A stretch of DNA of 64,000 nt from Pristiophorus japonicus (lineage: Eukaryota). This document shows, piece by piece, positions 47,801 to 57,719 of the stretch. Position numbers and translations under genes: made by a program. The stretch covers positions 620,001 to 684,000 of the forward strand of contig NW_027251165.1 of NCBI RefSeq assembly GCF_044704955.1, in the 5' to 3' direction. The notes beneath the pieces were generated by a model. The model saw only the letters and a list, made by a program, of their open reading frames with translations, did no database searches and was not told the DNA's origin. Position 1 is the first letter of the stretch. The number at the start of each line of letters is the position of its first letter.

Positions 47801-50800
47801 GTTCGGTTCATTCCTTTGGGGCCAGGATCGGTTCGGTTCGGGCTTGGTTTGGTTCCGTTGTGGCTGGGTTCGGTTGGAACTTGGTTCGGTACGGTTGGTG
47901 CCAGTTTAGGTTCTGTTCGGGACTGGTTCTGTTCGGTTGGTACCGGGTTCGGTTCTGGACGTGTTCGGTTCAGTTGGTTTGGGGCCGGTTTCGGTTCAGT
48001 TCGGGGTCGGTTCGTTTCGGTTGGGGCCGGGTTCTGTTCTGGACAAATTCGTTAGTGCCGGGTTCGGCTCGGTTGGAGCCATGTTCGATTGGGGCCAGTT
48101 TCGGTTCGGGCCCCGTTCAGATTGGGCCGAATTCTGTTCGGTTGGGGCAAGTTTGTTTCAGTTCTGGACAATTTCTGTCCGGACGTTTCGTTCGGTTCTG
48201 GCCGGGTGCTGTTGGCGACAGTTTCAGTTTGGTTCGGTTCAGTTGGAGCCGGGTGTGGTTAGGGCCGGATTCGGTTCACTTGGGTTGCTGCCGGGTTCGG
48301 TTCGGTTGGGGCAGGGTCCGGTTTGGTTGTGAAGGGGTTCGCTTCGGTTAGGGCTGGGTTTGGTTCGGTTGGTGCCAGGTTCGGTTCAGTTGAGCCGGGA
48401 TTGGTTGTCGAGGGATTTCTTTCGGTTGGGCCAGGTTTGCTTCTGTTCGTTTGGAGCCTGTTTCGCTTCGGTTGGGGTGGTGTTCGGTTCGGTTGGGGCT
48501 GGGTTTGGTTCTGTTTGGATCGGGTTCGGTTCGGTTGGGGCCGGGTTTGGTTCGGTTGGGGCCGGGTTGATTTCGTTTGGGGAGGGGTTCTGTAGGGGCC
48601 TGGTATGGTACAGTTCGTTTCGGTTGCAGCCGGCTTTGGATCGGTTCGGTTGGGGCTGGGTTCCGGTCGGATGGGGCCGGTTTCGGATCGGTTTTGGATG
48701 GGTTCGGTTCGCTTGGAGTCGGGTTCGGTTCGTTTGTTGCCTAGTTCGGTTGGGCCGAGTTCGGTTCGGTTGGGGCAGGTTCATTACAGTTGGGGCCGTG
48801 TTTTGTTCGGTGTGGACGAGTTTGGTTCGGTTGGGAATGGGTTCCATGCGTTTTGGGAGATGTTCGGTTGGGGCGTTATTTGATACGGTTGGGGCCGGGT
48901 TCGGATCTGTTCGGGCCGGGTTCGGTTCAGTTGGGACCAGGTTCGGTTCAGTTGGGGCCAGTTTATGTTCGTTTCAATTGGGGACTGGGTTCGGTTTGTC
49001 GGGGCTGGCTTCGCTTCAGTTGGGTTTAGTTTCTCTTTTGCTCAGTTGGGGCTGGGTTCGTTTCGGTTCGGTTGGGTCCGGTTTCGTTACATTTGTAGAT
49101 GGGTTCGGTTCGGTTGGGGCTGTGTTCGTTTCGGGCCGTGATTCAGTTCAGTTGGGACCGATTTTGGTTCGGTTGGGGCAAGTACGTTTCAGTTCAGGAC
49201 GGGTTCAGTTCAGTTCATTGGGTTGGGGACGGGTTCTGTTGGGGAAAGTTTCGGTTCGGGAATGTTGGGGCCGGGTTCTGTTGGGGCCGGGTTCGGTTCA
49301 GTTCGGGATGAGTTTTATTTGGTTGTGTTTAGGCCGGTGTCAGTTCGGTTGCGGCCAGGTTCTGTTAAGGAAGGGATCGGTAGGGGCCGGGTTCAGTTGG
49401 GCACGATTCGTTGCAGACGGGGTCGGTTCGTTTGGGGCTGGTTTCGGTTCGGTTGGGGACAAGTTCGGTTTGGTTGTGGCCGACTGGACTTTGGTAGTGG
49501 CCGGTTTCGGTTCAGCTGTGGGCAGGTTCGGTTCAGTTGGGGACGGGTTCGATTTGCTTGGTGCCCGGTTCGTTTCGTTTGAGGTCGGGTTTGGTTCGCT
49601 TGGGGCCGGTTCGGTTCGTTTGGAGCCAGGTTTGGTTCGGTTTGAGCCGGCTTCGCTTCGGTTGGGGCCAGTTTCAGTTCGGTTCATTTGGGGCTGCATT
49701 CGGGTCGGGTCGGTTCCGGCCCGGTTCGGGATATTTGGGGCTACATTCGGTTCGGTTTGGGCCAGTTTCAGTTGCGTCCGGGTTCGGTTCTGGCCGGGTT
49801 TGGTTCAGTTGCCGCCGGTTTTGAATCGGTTGGGGCATGTTCGGTTGAGTTCGCGACGGTTTCTGTTCAGTTCGTTGGGTTGGGGCCAGGTTCTGTTGGT
49901 TAAAGTTTCGGTTCGGTATTGTTGGGGCCGGGTTCGGTTGTGGCCCCGTTTGGTTCAGTTCGCGATGATTTCGGTTCGGTTGGGTTGAGGGCGGGTTCGA
50001 TTCGGTTGGGGCCGGGTTCGCTTGTGGCCGAGTTCGGTTGGTGCCAGGTTCAGTTGGGGATCGGTTCGTTGCGGGCTGGTTCGTTTCGGTTGGAGCCGGG
50101 TTCGGTTCGGTTCGGATGGGGCGGGGTTTGTTTCAGTTGGGGCCGGGTTCGGTTGGGACTGGGTTCGGTAAAGTCAGTGCCAGTTTCCATTCAATTTGCG
50201 ACGGGTTCGTTTCGGTTGAAGTCGGTTTCGGTATGTTTGCGGCTGTGTTTGGTTGGGGCCGCGTTCGGTTCAGTTTGGGTCGGGTTCGGTTCATTTGCAA
50301 CCATATTCGCTTCGGTTGGGTCCGGATTCTGTTCGATTGGGGCCTTTTTCGGTAGTGTTGGTGCCAGGTTCGATTTAGTTCAGGAAGGGTTCGGTTCCAT
50401 TGGGGAGGCGTACGGTTGGCGCCAATTACGTTTCGGTTGGGGCCGGGTTCATTTCGGTTGGGGCCGGCTTTGGTACGGTTGGAGCCGGCTTCGTTTCAGT
50501 TGAAGCCAGGTTTGTTTCGGTTGGTGCCAGGTTAGTTTCAGTTGTGTAGGGGTTCAGTTGGGGCCAGGTTCGGTTTGGTTGGGGCCAGGTGCGGTTCGGT
50601 TGGGGAATGATTCGCTAGGGGTGGCTTCGCTTCGACTGGGGCCCGGTTCGGTTCAGTTGGGGCCGGTTTCAGTCCGGTTGGTGCCAGGTTCCGTTCAGTT
50701 GGGTTGGGGTCGCGTTCGTTTCGGTTGAATCCGGTTTCCTTTCGGTTTGGTTGGGGCCAAGTTCGGTTTGTTTGGGGCCGGGTTCGTTTTGGTAGGGACG

Positions 50801-51285
50801 TGTTCGGTTCGTTTGGGGCCAGGTTCGTTTCGATTGGGGACGGGTAAGGTTCATTTGGGGCCGGGTTCGGTTGGGACCGGGTTGGTTCGTTTGAGGCCCG
50901 ATTCGCTGAGGTTGGAGCCGGGTGCGGTTCGGTTGTGACCGGGTTCGGTTCGGTTGGGGCCAGTTTCTGATTGGTTCAGTTGGGGACATTTCTGTTCAGT
51001 TCGGTTAGGGCTGGGTTCGGTTTGCTTGGGGCCGGCTTCGCTTTGGTTTGGGCCAATTTCTGTTCGGTTCAGTTGGGGCCGGTTTCAGTTTGATTCGGTT
51101 GGGGCCGTGTTCGGTACGGTTGGCACTGGGTTCAGTTCGGTTGGGACTAGATTCGTTTCGGTTTGGGTCGAGTTCTGCTCGGTGCGGTTGCGGCTGGGTT
51201 AATTTTGTTTGGAGCCGGGTACGGTTTGGTTGGGGAGTGGTTCGGTTGGGGCTGGTTTTCTTTCGGTTGGAGCCGGGTTCGGCTC
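41897..51285 (+). repeat. Satellite 1, block D
   Basis: Same pentamer satellite. Confidence 0.95.
45421..47768 (+). repeat. Four tandem copies of a ~583-599-bp higher-order unit within satellite 1
   Basis: The marker TGTGGAAAGTTTAGGTTCGATATTGTTGGGG recurs near 45499, 46081, 46680 and 47263; TAGAGGACGG.TTCATTGCGGACTATTTCG also recurs four times. Confidence 0.92.
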
Positions 51286-52928
51286 AAAAGAACATAAAAA
51301 TTAGGAACAGGAGTAGGCCATCTAGCTCCTCGAGCCTGCTCTGCCACTCCTAAAGATCATGGCTGATCTGACCGTGGACTCAGGTGCACTTACCCGCCCG
51401 CTGCCCATAATCCTTAATTCCCTTATTGGTTAAAATTCTATCTATCTGTGATGTGAATAAATTCAATGAGCGTGTCTTAACTGCTTCCCTGGGCAGAACA
51501 TTCCACAGATTCACATCCCTCTTAGAAAATAAATTTCTTCTCAACTCAGTTTAAAATTGGCTCCCCCGTAATTTGAGGCTGTGCTCCCGATTTCTAGTCT
51601 CCCCGTCCAGTGGAAACAATCTCTCTGCCTATAACTTGTCTATCCCTTTCATTAATTTAAATGTTTCTATAAGATCACCCGTCATCTTCTGAACTCCAAC
51701 GAGTAAAGACCCAGTCTACTCAATCTATCATCATAAGGTAACCCCCTCATCTCCGGAATCAGACTCGTGAAGCGTCTCTGTATCCCTTCCAAAGCTACTA
51801 TATCTTTCCTTAAGTAAGGTGACCAAAATTGCACGCAGTACTCCAGGTGCGGCCTCACCAATACCCTATACAGTTGCAGCATGGCCTCTCTGCTTTTGTA
51901 CTCCAAACCTTTCGCAATGAAGGCCAACATTTCATTTGCCTTCCTGATAATCTGCTGCACCTGCAAACTAGCTTCTTGGGATTCATGCACAAGGACCGCC
52001 GGGTCCCGGGCACCGCAGCATGTTGTCATGTCTCCCCATTCGAATAATATTCACTTATACTGTTTTTTTTCAAAGGATGATGACCTCACATTTTCCGACA
52101 TTCCATCTGTCAAAACTTAGCCCATTCGCTTAACCTATCTAAATCTCTTTGCAGCCTCTCGGTGTCCTCGACACAGCCCGCTTTCCCACTAACTTTGTGA
52201 CATCAGCAAATATTGTGACACTAAACTCTGTCCCCTCTTCCACGTCATCTATGTATATTTTAAACAGTTGTTGTCCCAGCACCAATCCCTGTGGCACACC
52301 ACTAACCACCGAGTTCCAACCCGAAAAAGACCCATTGATCATGACTCGCTGCTTTCCGTTAGCCAGCCAATTCTCTATCCCTGCTAATACATTTCCTCGG
52401 ACTCTGTGTACCTTTATCTTTGGCAGTAACCTTTTGTGTTGCACCTTTTCGAATGCCTTTTGGAAATCTGAATAGCCACATCCATCGGTACACCTCTATC
52501 CACCATGCTCGTTATATCCTGAAAGAATTCGAGAAAATTACTAAAACATGATTTCCCCTTCATGCATCCATGTTGCGTATCTTTGATTGCACTATTCCTA
52601 TCCAGATGTCCCGCTATTTATTCATTAATGATAGCTTCAAGCATTTTCCCCATTGCAGATTTTAAACTAACCGTCCTATAGTTACCTGCCTTTTGTCTGC
52701 GCCCTTTTTAAAACAAAGGCAGTATATTAGCTGCTTTCCAATCCGATGGTACCTCCCCAGAATCCAGAGAAATTTGCTAGATTATAACGAATGCATCTGC
52801 TATAACTTCCACCATCTGTTTTAATACCCAGGGATGCATTTCATCAGGACCACGGGATTTGTCTACCTTGAGTCCTATTAGCCTGCCCAGCACTAGCCCC
52901 CTAGTGATAGTGATTGTCTCAAGGTCCT
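51286..52928 (-). mobile_element. CR1 LINE copy 3, 5'-truncated, degenerate
   Basis: Tail AAGAACATAAAAATTAGGA at 51288; ORF2 fragments SGVPQGLVLG, FADVTK and RPHLEYCVQFWSP; same family as copies 1 and 2 but different junctions; no clear TSD. Confidence 0.93.
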
Positions 52929-53098
52929 GCTTGAACCGAACCTGGCCCAAACCGACCCGAATCTGGCCCCAACCGAACCCTTTCCAACCGAACGGAACCT
53001 GGCCCCAACCGAACTGAACCAGGCCCCAACCGAACCAGGCCGCAACCGAACCAAACATGTCGCAATTGAATCGATGCTGGCCCGCACCGTACCGAACC
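52929..53098 (-). repeat. Inverted segment of satellite 1 (GAACC orientation)
   Basis: Reads AACCGAACCTGGCCCCAACC; it is the only reverse-orientation satellite 1 in the window; its reverse complement resembles 53430-53600. Confidence 0.9.
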
Positions 53099-53879
53099 GT
53101 TTGGTTTGGGGCAGGTTCGGTTCGGTTGGGGCCGTATTTGGTTCGGTTGGTGCCGGGTTCTGTTCGGTTCGGTTGGGGCCGGGTTCGGTTCGGTTGGTGC
53201 CCGTTTCGGTTCGGTTGGGGGAGGTTTCGGTTATTTTGGGGCCAGGTTAGGTTTAATTTTGGAGGTGTTCGGTTGGGGTAGGGCTTGCTTCGGTTGGGGA
53301 GGTGTTATTTTGTGACCGGGTTCGGTTGCGATTGGGTTCTGTTTGGTTGGGGCAATATTCGGTTCGGCTGGGGAGGGTTTAGCTTGGGGCCAGGTTCGCT
53401 GCGGTTGGGGAGGGGTTCAGTTGGGACCGGGTTCGGTTCGCTTCGGGCTGGCATCGATTCAGTCAGGGCCATGTTTGGTTTGGTTGCGGCCTGGTTTGGT
53501 TGGGGCCTGGTTCGGTTCGGTTGGGGCCAGTTTCGATTCGGTTGTGGAGGGCTTTGGTTGGGGGCAGGTATGGTTCGGTTGGGGCCCGGTTCGGTTCGGT
53601 TGGGATGGGGTTTTGTTCAGTTGGCTGTCGGCTTCGGTTCGGTTGCAACCAGTTTCTGTTCGGTTCGGTTGTGGCCAGGTTCAGTTCGTTGGGGATGGGT
53701 GCTGTTCGGTTGGGCCGGGTTCGGTTCGGTTGGTGGCTGGTTCTATTCAGTTAGGGCCGGGTTCGGTTGTGGCCAGTTTCAGTTCGGTTGGTGCCGTGTT
53801 TGTTTCAGTTCTGGCCAGGTTCGATTGGGGCCGGTTTCGCTACAGTTCGGGCCGGGTTCGGTTTGGGGCGGGTTTAGTT
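53099..53879 (+). repeat. Satellite 1, block E (terminal)
   Basis: Pentamer satellite up to the abrupt switch at 53880. Confidence 0.93.
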
Positions 53880-54298
53880 CCCCTCGGACATTGTGTATTG
53901 CGCCCCCCCCCGGAACTTGTGTATTGGGAACCCCCTGCGACAATGTGCATTTGCCCCTCCTCCCTGGAATTAGTGTATTGGTACCCTTGGGACATTTTAT
54001 ATTCGGCCCCCCCGGGACATTGTGTATTGGCCCCCCCCAGACATTGTGTATTGGGCCCACTTGGGACATTGTGTATATGGCCCCTCTGGGATATTGTTTA
54101 TTGGGCTCCCCCCGCGACATTGTGTCTTGGGCCCCCTCGGGACATTGTGTATTTGCCCCCCCCAGGACATTGGGTTCCCCCCCCCCCCACGGAGCATTGT
54201 GTATTGGGCCCCCCCGGGACATTGTGTATTGTGCACCCATGGGACATTTTGTATGGTGCCCTCCCTAGACATTCTGTATAGCCCACCCGGGACATTGT
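53880..54298 (+). repeat. Satellite 2, left part: ~24-26-bp unit GGGACATTGTGTATTGGGCCCCCCC
   Basis: Tandem GACATTGTGTATTG cores separated by variable C-runs. Confidence 0.95.
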
Positions 54299-54425
54299 CG
54301 AAAAGAGAGTAACAAATTAAAAAGCAATGTGAATAATGTGGCCAAGGTTAGTGGGATACTAGAAGATTGGGAAATTTTAAACGACAGTAACGAATGACTA
54401 AGAAAGCAATAAACAAAGTAAAGAT

Positions 54426-55091
54426 TGTTAGCGTTAGTGTTTTCTCTGAAGAATCACTCAACACTCAGGGTCGGTTCCAATGCTGAAGCAGCTTTATTAC
54501 GCTCAGCGGGAAGGAAAAACTCAGGACCGTATCCAGGTTTCTCTTCACAGAACAAAGAGTTACATGTACCTTTATATGTTTTACAACAGTTAAAAAACAG
54601 CTTTCTGCAGTTACACAGCTCATCACGGCTGGACACAAGCCAATCATAACGATTATAGATTACATATAGGTTTTTTAATCCAATAGAATTCTCCTAGTAA
54701 CCAGGGAACCATTGTCAATTTGGGTTGATCGATGACTTTATATGTTCTCTCCCTAGTTCTTTCATCTGGGAGAAATAATTGGTTTGTAGCCTTGTTTACA
54801 GCAAATGGTTTCCCTCTTATCTTTCTTCCTGGGGAATTAATTGGTTTATGGCCTTGTTCACAGGAGATGGCTTCCTTCTTATCTCTGCCTTCCCAGGCAT
54901 TCCTACAGTGGGCCTCACAGGGTTATTGCTCGGTCAGTGAACGTTCAACAGTTCACAGTTTGACTACCTGATTTCCCATAATGCCTGGGCAGCCATTTTA
55001 TGTGTGTGTCCATTTAAGCTTATGTGAGTTCTAAATATCCAGCAGGTGCCTAATGCCTAAGTCTATATATATCTTTCGACTCTCTACAACA
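54426..55091 (-). repeat. 3' LTR (666 bp)
   Basis: TGTTAG...CTACAACA on +; direct repeat of 59973-60638; minus-strand AATAAA at 54493-54498. Confidence 0.97.
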
Positions 55092-55103
55092 ATTCCCCCT
55101 TTC
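55092..55103 (-). promoter_or_regulatory. Polypurine tract
   Basis: The minus strand reads GAAAGGGGGAAT immediately before the TGTTG start of the 3' LTR. Confidence 0.9.
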
Positions 55104-55228
55104 GGTAAAGGGACTAGCCCTAGTCCCCTTTTAACCGAAATACTGCCTTTATCTGATATTTGTGCACGGCCCGGTATTCCTTGCCTCAACGTGCTGGCCA
55201 GTCACGCGGTTTCAGGAGTTCCGGTTGC

Positions 55229-56932
55229 TCAAATCAAATTAACAAAGGCTAGCTCCTCCCGTCCCCTTATCAAACAGACTTGTTTAATATCCAGGGAACG
55301 GTGATTGGTCCGTTTCTGCCGTTTGTGGCGCCTGCATACCTGGCAGGCCATCACGCCCCATGTTATTGCTAAGATTAATTGTATTCCGACCAGTGTGTGT
55401 GAAATAATTCGAATCCATGGGTGGATGTTCACATTTATTCCCCAGTCCCAGACCTTTCTCCACCAACTCTGACTTTGTAAGTCTACCTCGGTATCTTCTT
55501 TGATTTTAGTTTGTAGCTGGTGATAGAGTTTTACAGATTGACCCACTCTGAGCCTCAACTCCCGTAATACTTCGGTTAGATGTGGGATAGGGACCTGCTC
55601 TGGCTCGTCATAATCCTGCAAATGATCATGGAGCTGATCAGTTACTTCAATAACTTCGGACTTCCGGCGCCTAATCTGGGTGATATGCGCTTGCCCGATC
55701 GCGACAGGTCGTAGTGGTGTAAAGCAAAAGTTTGGCTGCGGTATAGGGCACTGCAGGTCATTATACTGGTATGAACGCTCAGTAGTAGAGACGCAGTATC
55801 TTCCCCTCCCTCCGTAGCCTGCCCTCGCGAAGTGCATGTGTGCGGGCACTATTTCTAGTACACACCCATTGGTTCGGTTAAACCCGCACTCGTCTAGTTC
55901 GCCTCGGCCCACCGGGTGAGGGCATACTGTGATTTCCCCCCTTTGCTTGCAATCTGCTAGGGAAATCCCGGTAAGTATGTTGTTTCGACGAACGGCAGAG
56001 GTGGTGGTCAGGTAGTAGCGTATGGAGACATTTTCCCGTATTACTCCGATATTCTCTAGTTGGTATAAGGGGAACGGCCCTGAGTCCGGCGTTGCTATGG
56101 GGATCAACAGGACTATCCCTATCCCGGTAGTCCTACCCATCTGGCAATCTGGAATTGCGGGGTATACTCGGGTCAGTCCCTTCAGAGTACAATTATCCAG
56201 TGTCCCCCTTTGGTTCGCCAACTGAGCTAAATGTGAACTGTCTATCCAATCGGGTACCTCCCCGCGTTGGATCTGGTTGAGGTTGTGGCGGATCTGTCCC
56301 ACCATCCACAGACCATAAGCATGACAGAGTTGCCCCTGTCTTTGCTTTATTGTATCTTCTTGTTCTCTATCAATGAGGTGATTGATGGTTTTAGCGTGAG
56401 CTTCCAGGACTGAGATGCCATCCAACTGGATTTCGGCCCCCTCCTTTCCTAGGTTGGCCTGGTCTTCCTGGTTTTGCTCCACCCTCTCCAATAACCCCTT
56501 CATCACCCCTTTAAGCTGTTCTACCCTCTCATTTAGCCCTTGTATGTCTATCGAGTTCACTACGGAGGTTCCTGTATTGAAAACGGTAGCAACATCATTT
56601 ACTATTTCCCTCTTCACCCTGGGTGCTAACCCCTGTCCCCGGAACTTACTGGCACCCATGGCATCGGCAGCCTGCTGCATTACGACTTTACTTAATACAT
56701 TGTACATCTTCCTTGACTGTTCGGTACAATATTCCGGCATCTGGATGCCTGAAATATTGATCAGAACAGGCACAATTTCATGTTTAACATTATCATACAA
56801 TAATTCCCCTTCGTTGTACATTGCAATCCCATTTTCTGGTCCCTTAGTAGTTATGGGACAAGGCAGTTCTTCGGGCAATGTAGTGATTCTTATGGGGCGC
56901 GGTGTCGGAGGGGGTGAGAAACATACATACAA
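55229..56932 (-). CDS. env: Envelope / class I viral fusion glycoprotein (F-protein-like layout); 567 open codons but no signal peptide in this frame
   Basis: Furin site RVKR (aa 105-108, nt 56609-56620), then an apolar fusion-peptide-like segment (EIVNDVATVFNTGTSVVNSIDI) and a heptad repeat (LNERVEQLKGVMKGLLERVEQ); Cys-rich region (DCKQRGEITVCP...ECGF..NGC...YCV...CPIPQPNFCF); sequons NIS, NCT, NVS and NRT; Trp-rich membrane-proximal stretch; TM helix (IISHTLVGIQLILAITWGVMAC) and basic tail; located just upstream of the PPT. The listed start is TTG directly after an in-frame TAA, so the true start is uncertain. Confidence 0.85.
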   Translation of the reverse strand: MYVCFSPPPTPRPIRITTLPEELPCPITTKGPENGIAMYNEGELLYDNVKHEIVPVLINISGIQMPEYCTEQSRKMYNVLSKVVMQQAADAMGASKFRGQGLAPRVKREIVNDVATVFNTGTSVVNSIDIQGLNERVEQLKGVMKGLLERVEQNQEDQANLGKEGAEIQLDGISVLEAHAKTINHLIDREQEDTIKQRQGQLCHAYGLWMVGQIRHNLNQIQRGEVPDWIDSSHLAQLANQRGTLDNCTLKGLTRVYPAIPDCQMGRTTGIGIVLLIPIATPDSGPFPLYQLENIGVIRENVSIRYYLTTTSAVRRNNILTGISLADCKQRGEITVCPHPVGRGELDECGFNRTNGCVLEIVPAHMHFARAGYGGRGRYCVSTTERSYQYNDLQCPIPQPNFCFTPLRPVAIGQAHITQIRRRKSEVIEVTDQLHDHLQDYDEPEQVPIPHLTEVLRELRLRVGQSVKLYHQLQTKIKEDTEVDLQSQSWWRKVWDWGINVNIHPWIRIISHTLVGIQLILAITWGVMACQVCRRHKRQKRTNHRSLDIKQVCLIRGREELAFVNLI

Positions 56933-57074
56933 TTATATTGCAGCCGCCCCCGCCTCCTCGTAATACCCACACAGCCCCATTCCCTTCTTGCGGATGACTG
57001 ATTGCTGGGATTGTCCCGGAGGCGCGCAAATTATGCCGAAAGTACATTCATCAGGCCCTTTGACATCCCTCCGT

Positions 57075-57356
57075 TTAATGCATCTGCTCCTTATACCCGT
57101 GGAGCACTGTACACATACTCTTATTCTTATTAGGATTCTTATTAGGATTCACTTGTAACCATGCATTAAAATAAGTCCTGTCCTTGCTCCAGTCCTTGGT
57201 TGCTGGGATGCACATTCCGTCCGTTAAATTAAACAAGACTCCATAGTTCATATCGTTGTTTATTTCCAGCGTGCTCTGCTGTCCGTCGGTGTTGCCCAGG
57301 GTACGTGCATGTCGCAGGGCTATCCATATTACGAGTAGCGCCTTTCGTATTCCCAT
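57075..57356 (-). CDS. Signal-peptide-bearing 93-aa ORF, probably the detached N-terminus of env
   Basis: First ATG after the splice acceptor, in strong Kozak context (GGAATGG); MGIRKALLVIWIALRHARTLG resembles a signal peptide; sequon NLT; out of frame with the 567-aa ORF. Confidence 0.6.
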   Translation of the reverse strand: MGIRKALLVIWIALRHARTLGNTDGQQSTLEINNDMNYGVLFNLTDGMCIPATKDWSKDRTYFNAWLQVNPNKNPNKNKSMCTVLHGYKEQMH

Positions 57357-57444
57357 TCCGGTAAGTATTATCTGTAATTTTAAACAGACGGCCTGGTCGT
57401 CACCAGGGGTTAAGTTTTTTTGCTCTACGAGTGTCCCTGTCACC

Positions 57445-57472
57445 CTGCAAAATCAGAAGGACAAGGTTATAA
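57445..57472 (-). promoter_or_regulatory. Candidate env splice acceptor
   Basis: Minus strand TTATAACCTTGTCCTTCTGATTTTGCAG|G: branch-point-like motif, pyrimidine tract and CAG. Confidence 0.7.
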
Positions 57473-57580
57473 TCGAACCATTTCGAGCTGAATCTGTAGG
57501 GCGTGCGCCCGTCTCTTTACCCACTTAAATATTACCCAAACTCCTATTATGACCAAGGCCAAAGCTATTCCTCCAAACAT
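57467..57580 (-). CDS. Putative 37-aa single-pass membrane accessory protein (MFGGIALALVIIGVWVIFKWVKRRAHALQIQLEMVRL)
   Basis: Hand translation, below the ORF-track cutoff: 18 uncharged hydrophobic residues followed by KWVKRR; lies just upstream of env. Confidence 0.45.
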   Translation of the reverse strand: MFGGIALALVIIGVWVIFKWVKRRAHALQIQLEMVRL

Positions 57581-57719
57581 CGCTGTCTGCTTTACCGTTA
57601 GGTTGGGTTTGTGGACTACACCTACCCACCGTGGGGTACATTGGCTCTATTGCCAGAGGTGATGGTGCTATGGCTGCGCACTGCACTATCCGTCTAGTCC
57701 CGTTATCTCTTCCAGCCTG

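Noticed and set aside
1-53879. Hundreds of G/F/R/V/W/S-rich ORFs on + (up to 568 aa) and P/N/R/T/E-rich ORFs on -
   Set aside because: They are translations of an A-poor pentamer satellite where stops are rare; they are open in all frames and have no domain signal.
1-53879. Telomeric (TTAGGG)n array
   Set aside because: Only isolated TTAGGG hexamers occur; the periodicity is 5, not 6.
54425-54971. Short ORFs in the LTRs (60-79 aa, repeated at 59852-60518)
   Set aside because: They are duplicated only because the LTRs are, occur on both strands, and show no protein features.
55229-56932. Domesticated syncytin-like host gene
   Set aside because: It sits in a very young provirus inside satellite DNA and has a disrupted N-terminus; nothing here shows host co-option.
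56022-56963. Plus-strand ORFs of 67 and 182 aa
   Set aside because: They are antisense shadows of env, as are the ORFs opposite the CR1 RT fragments.
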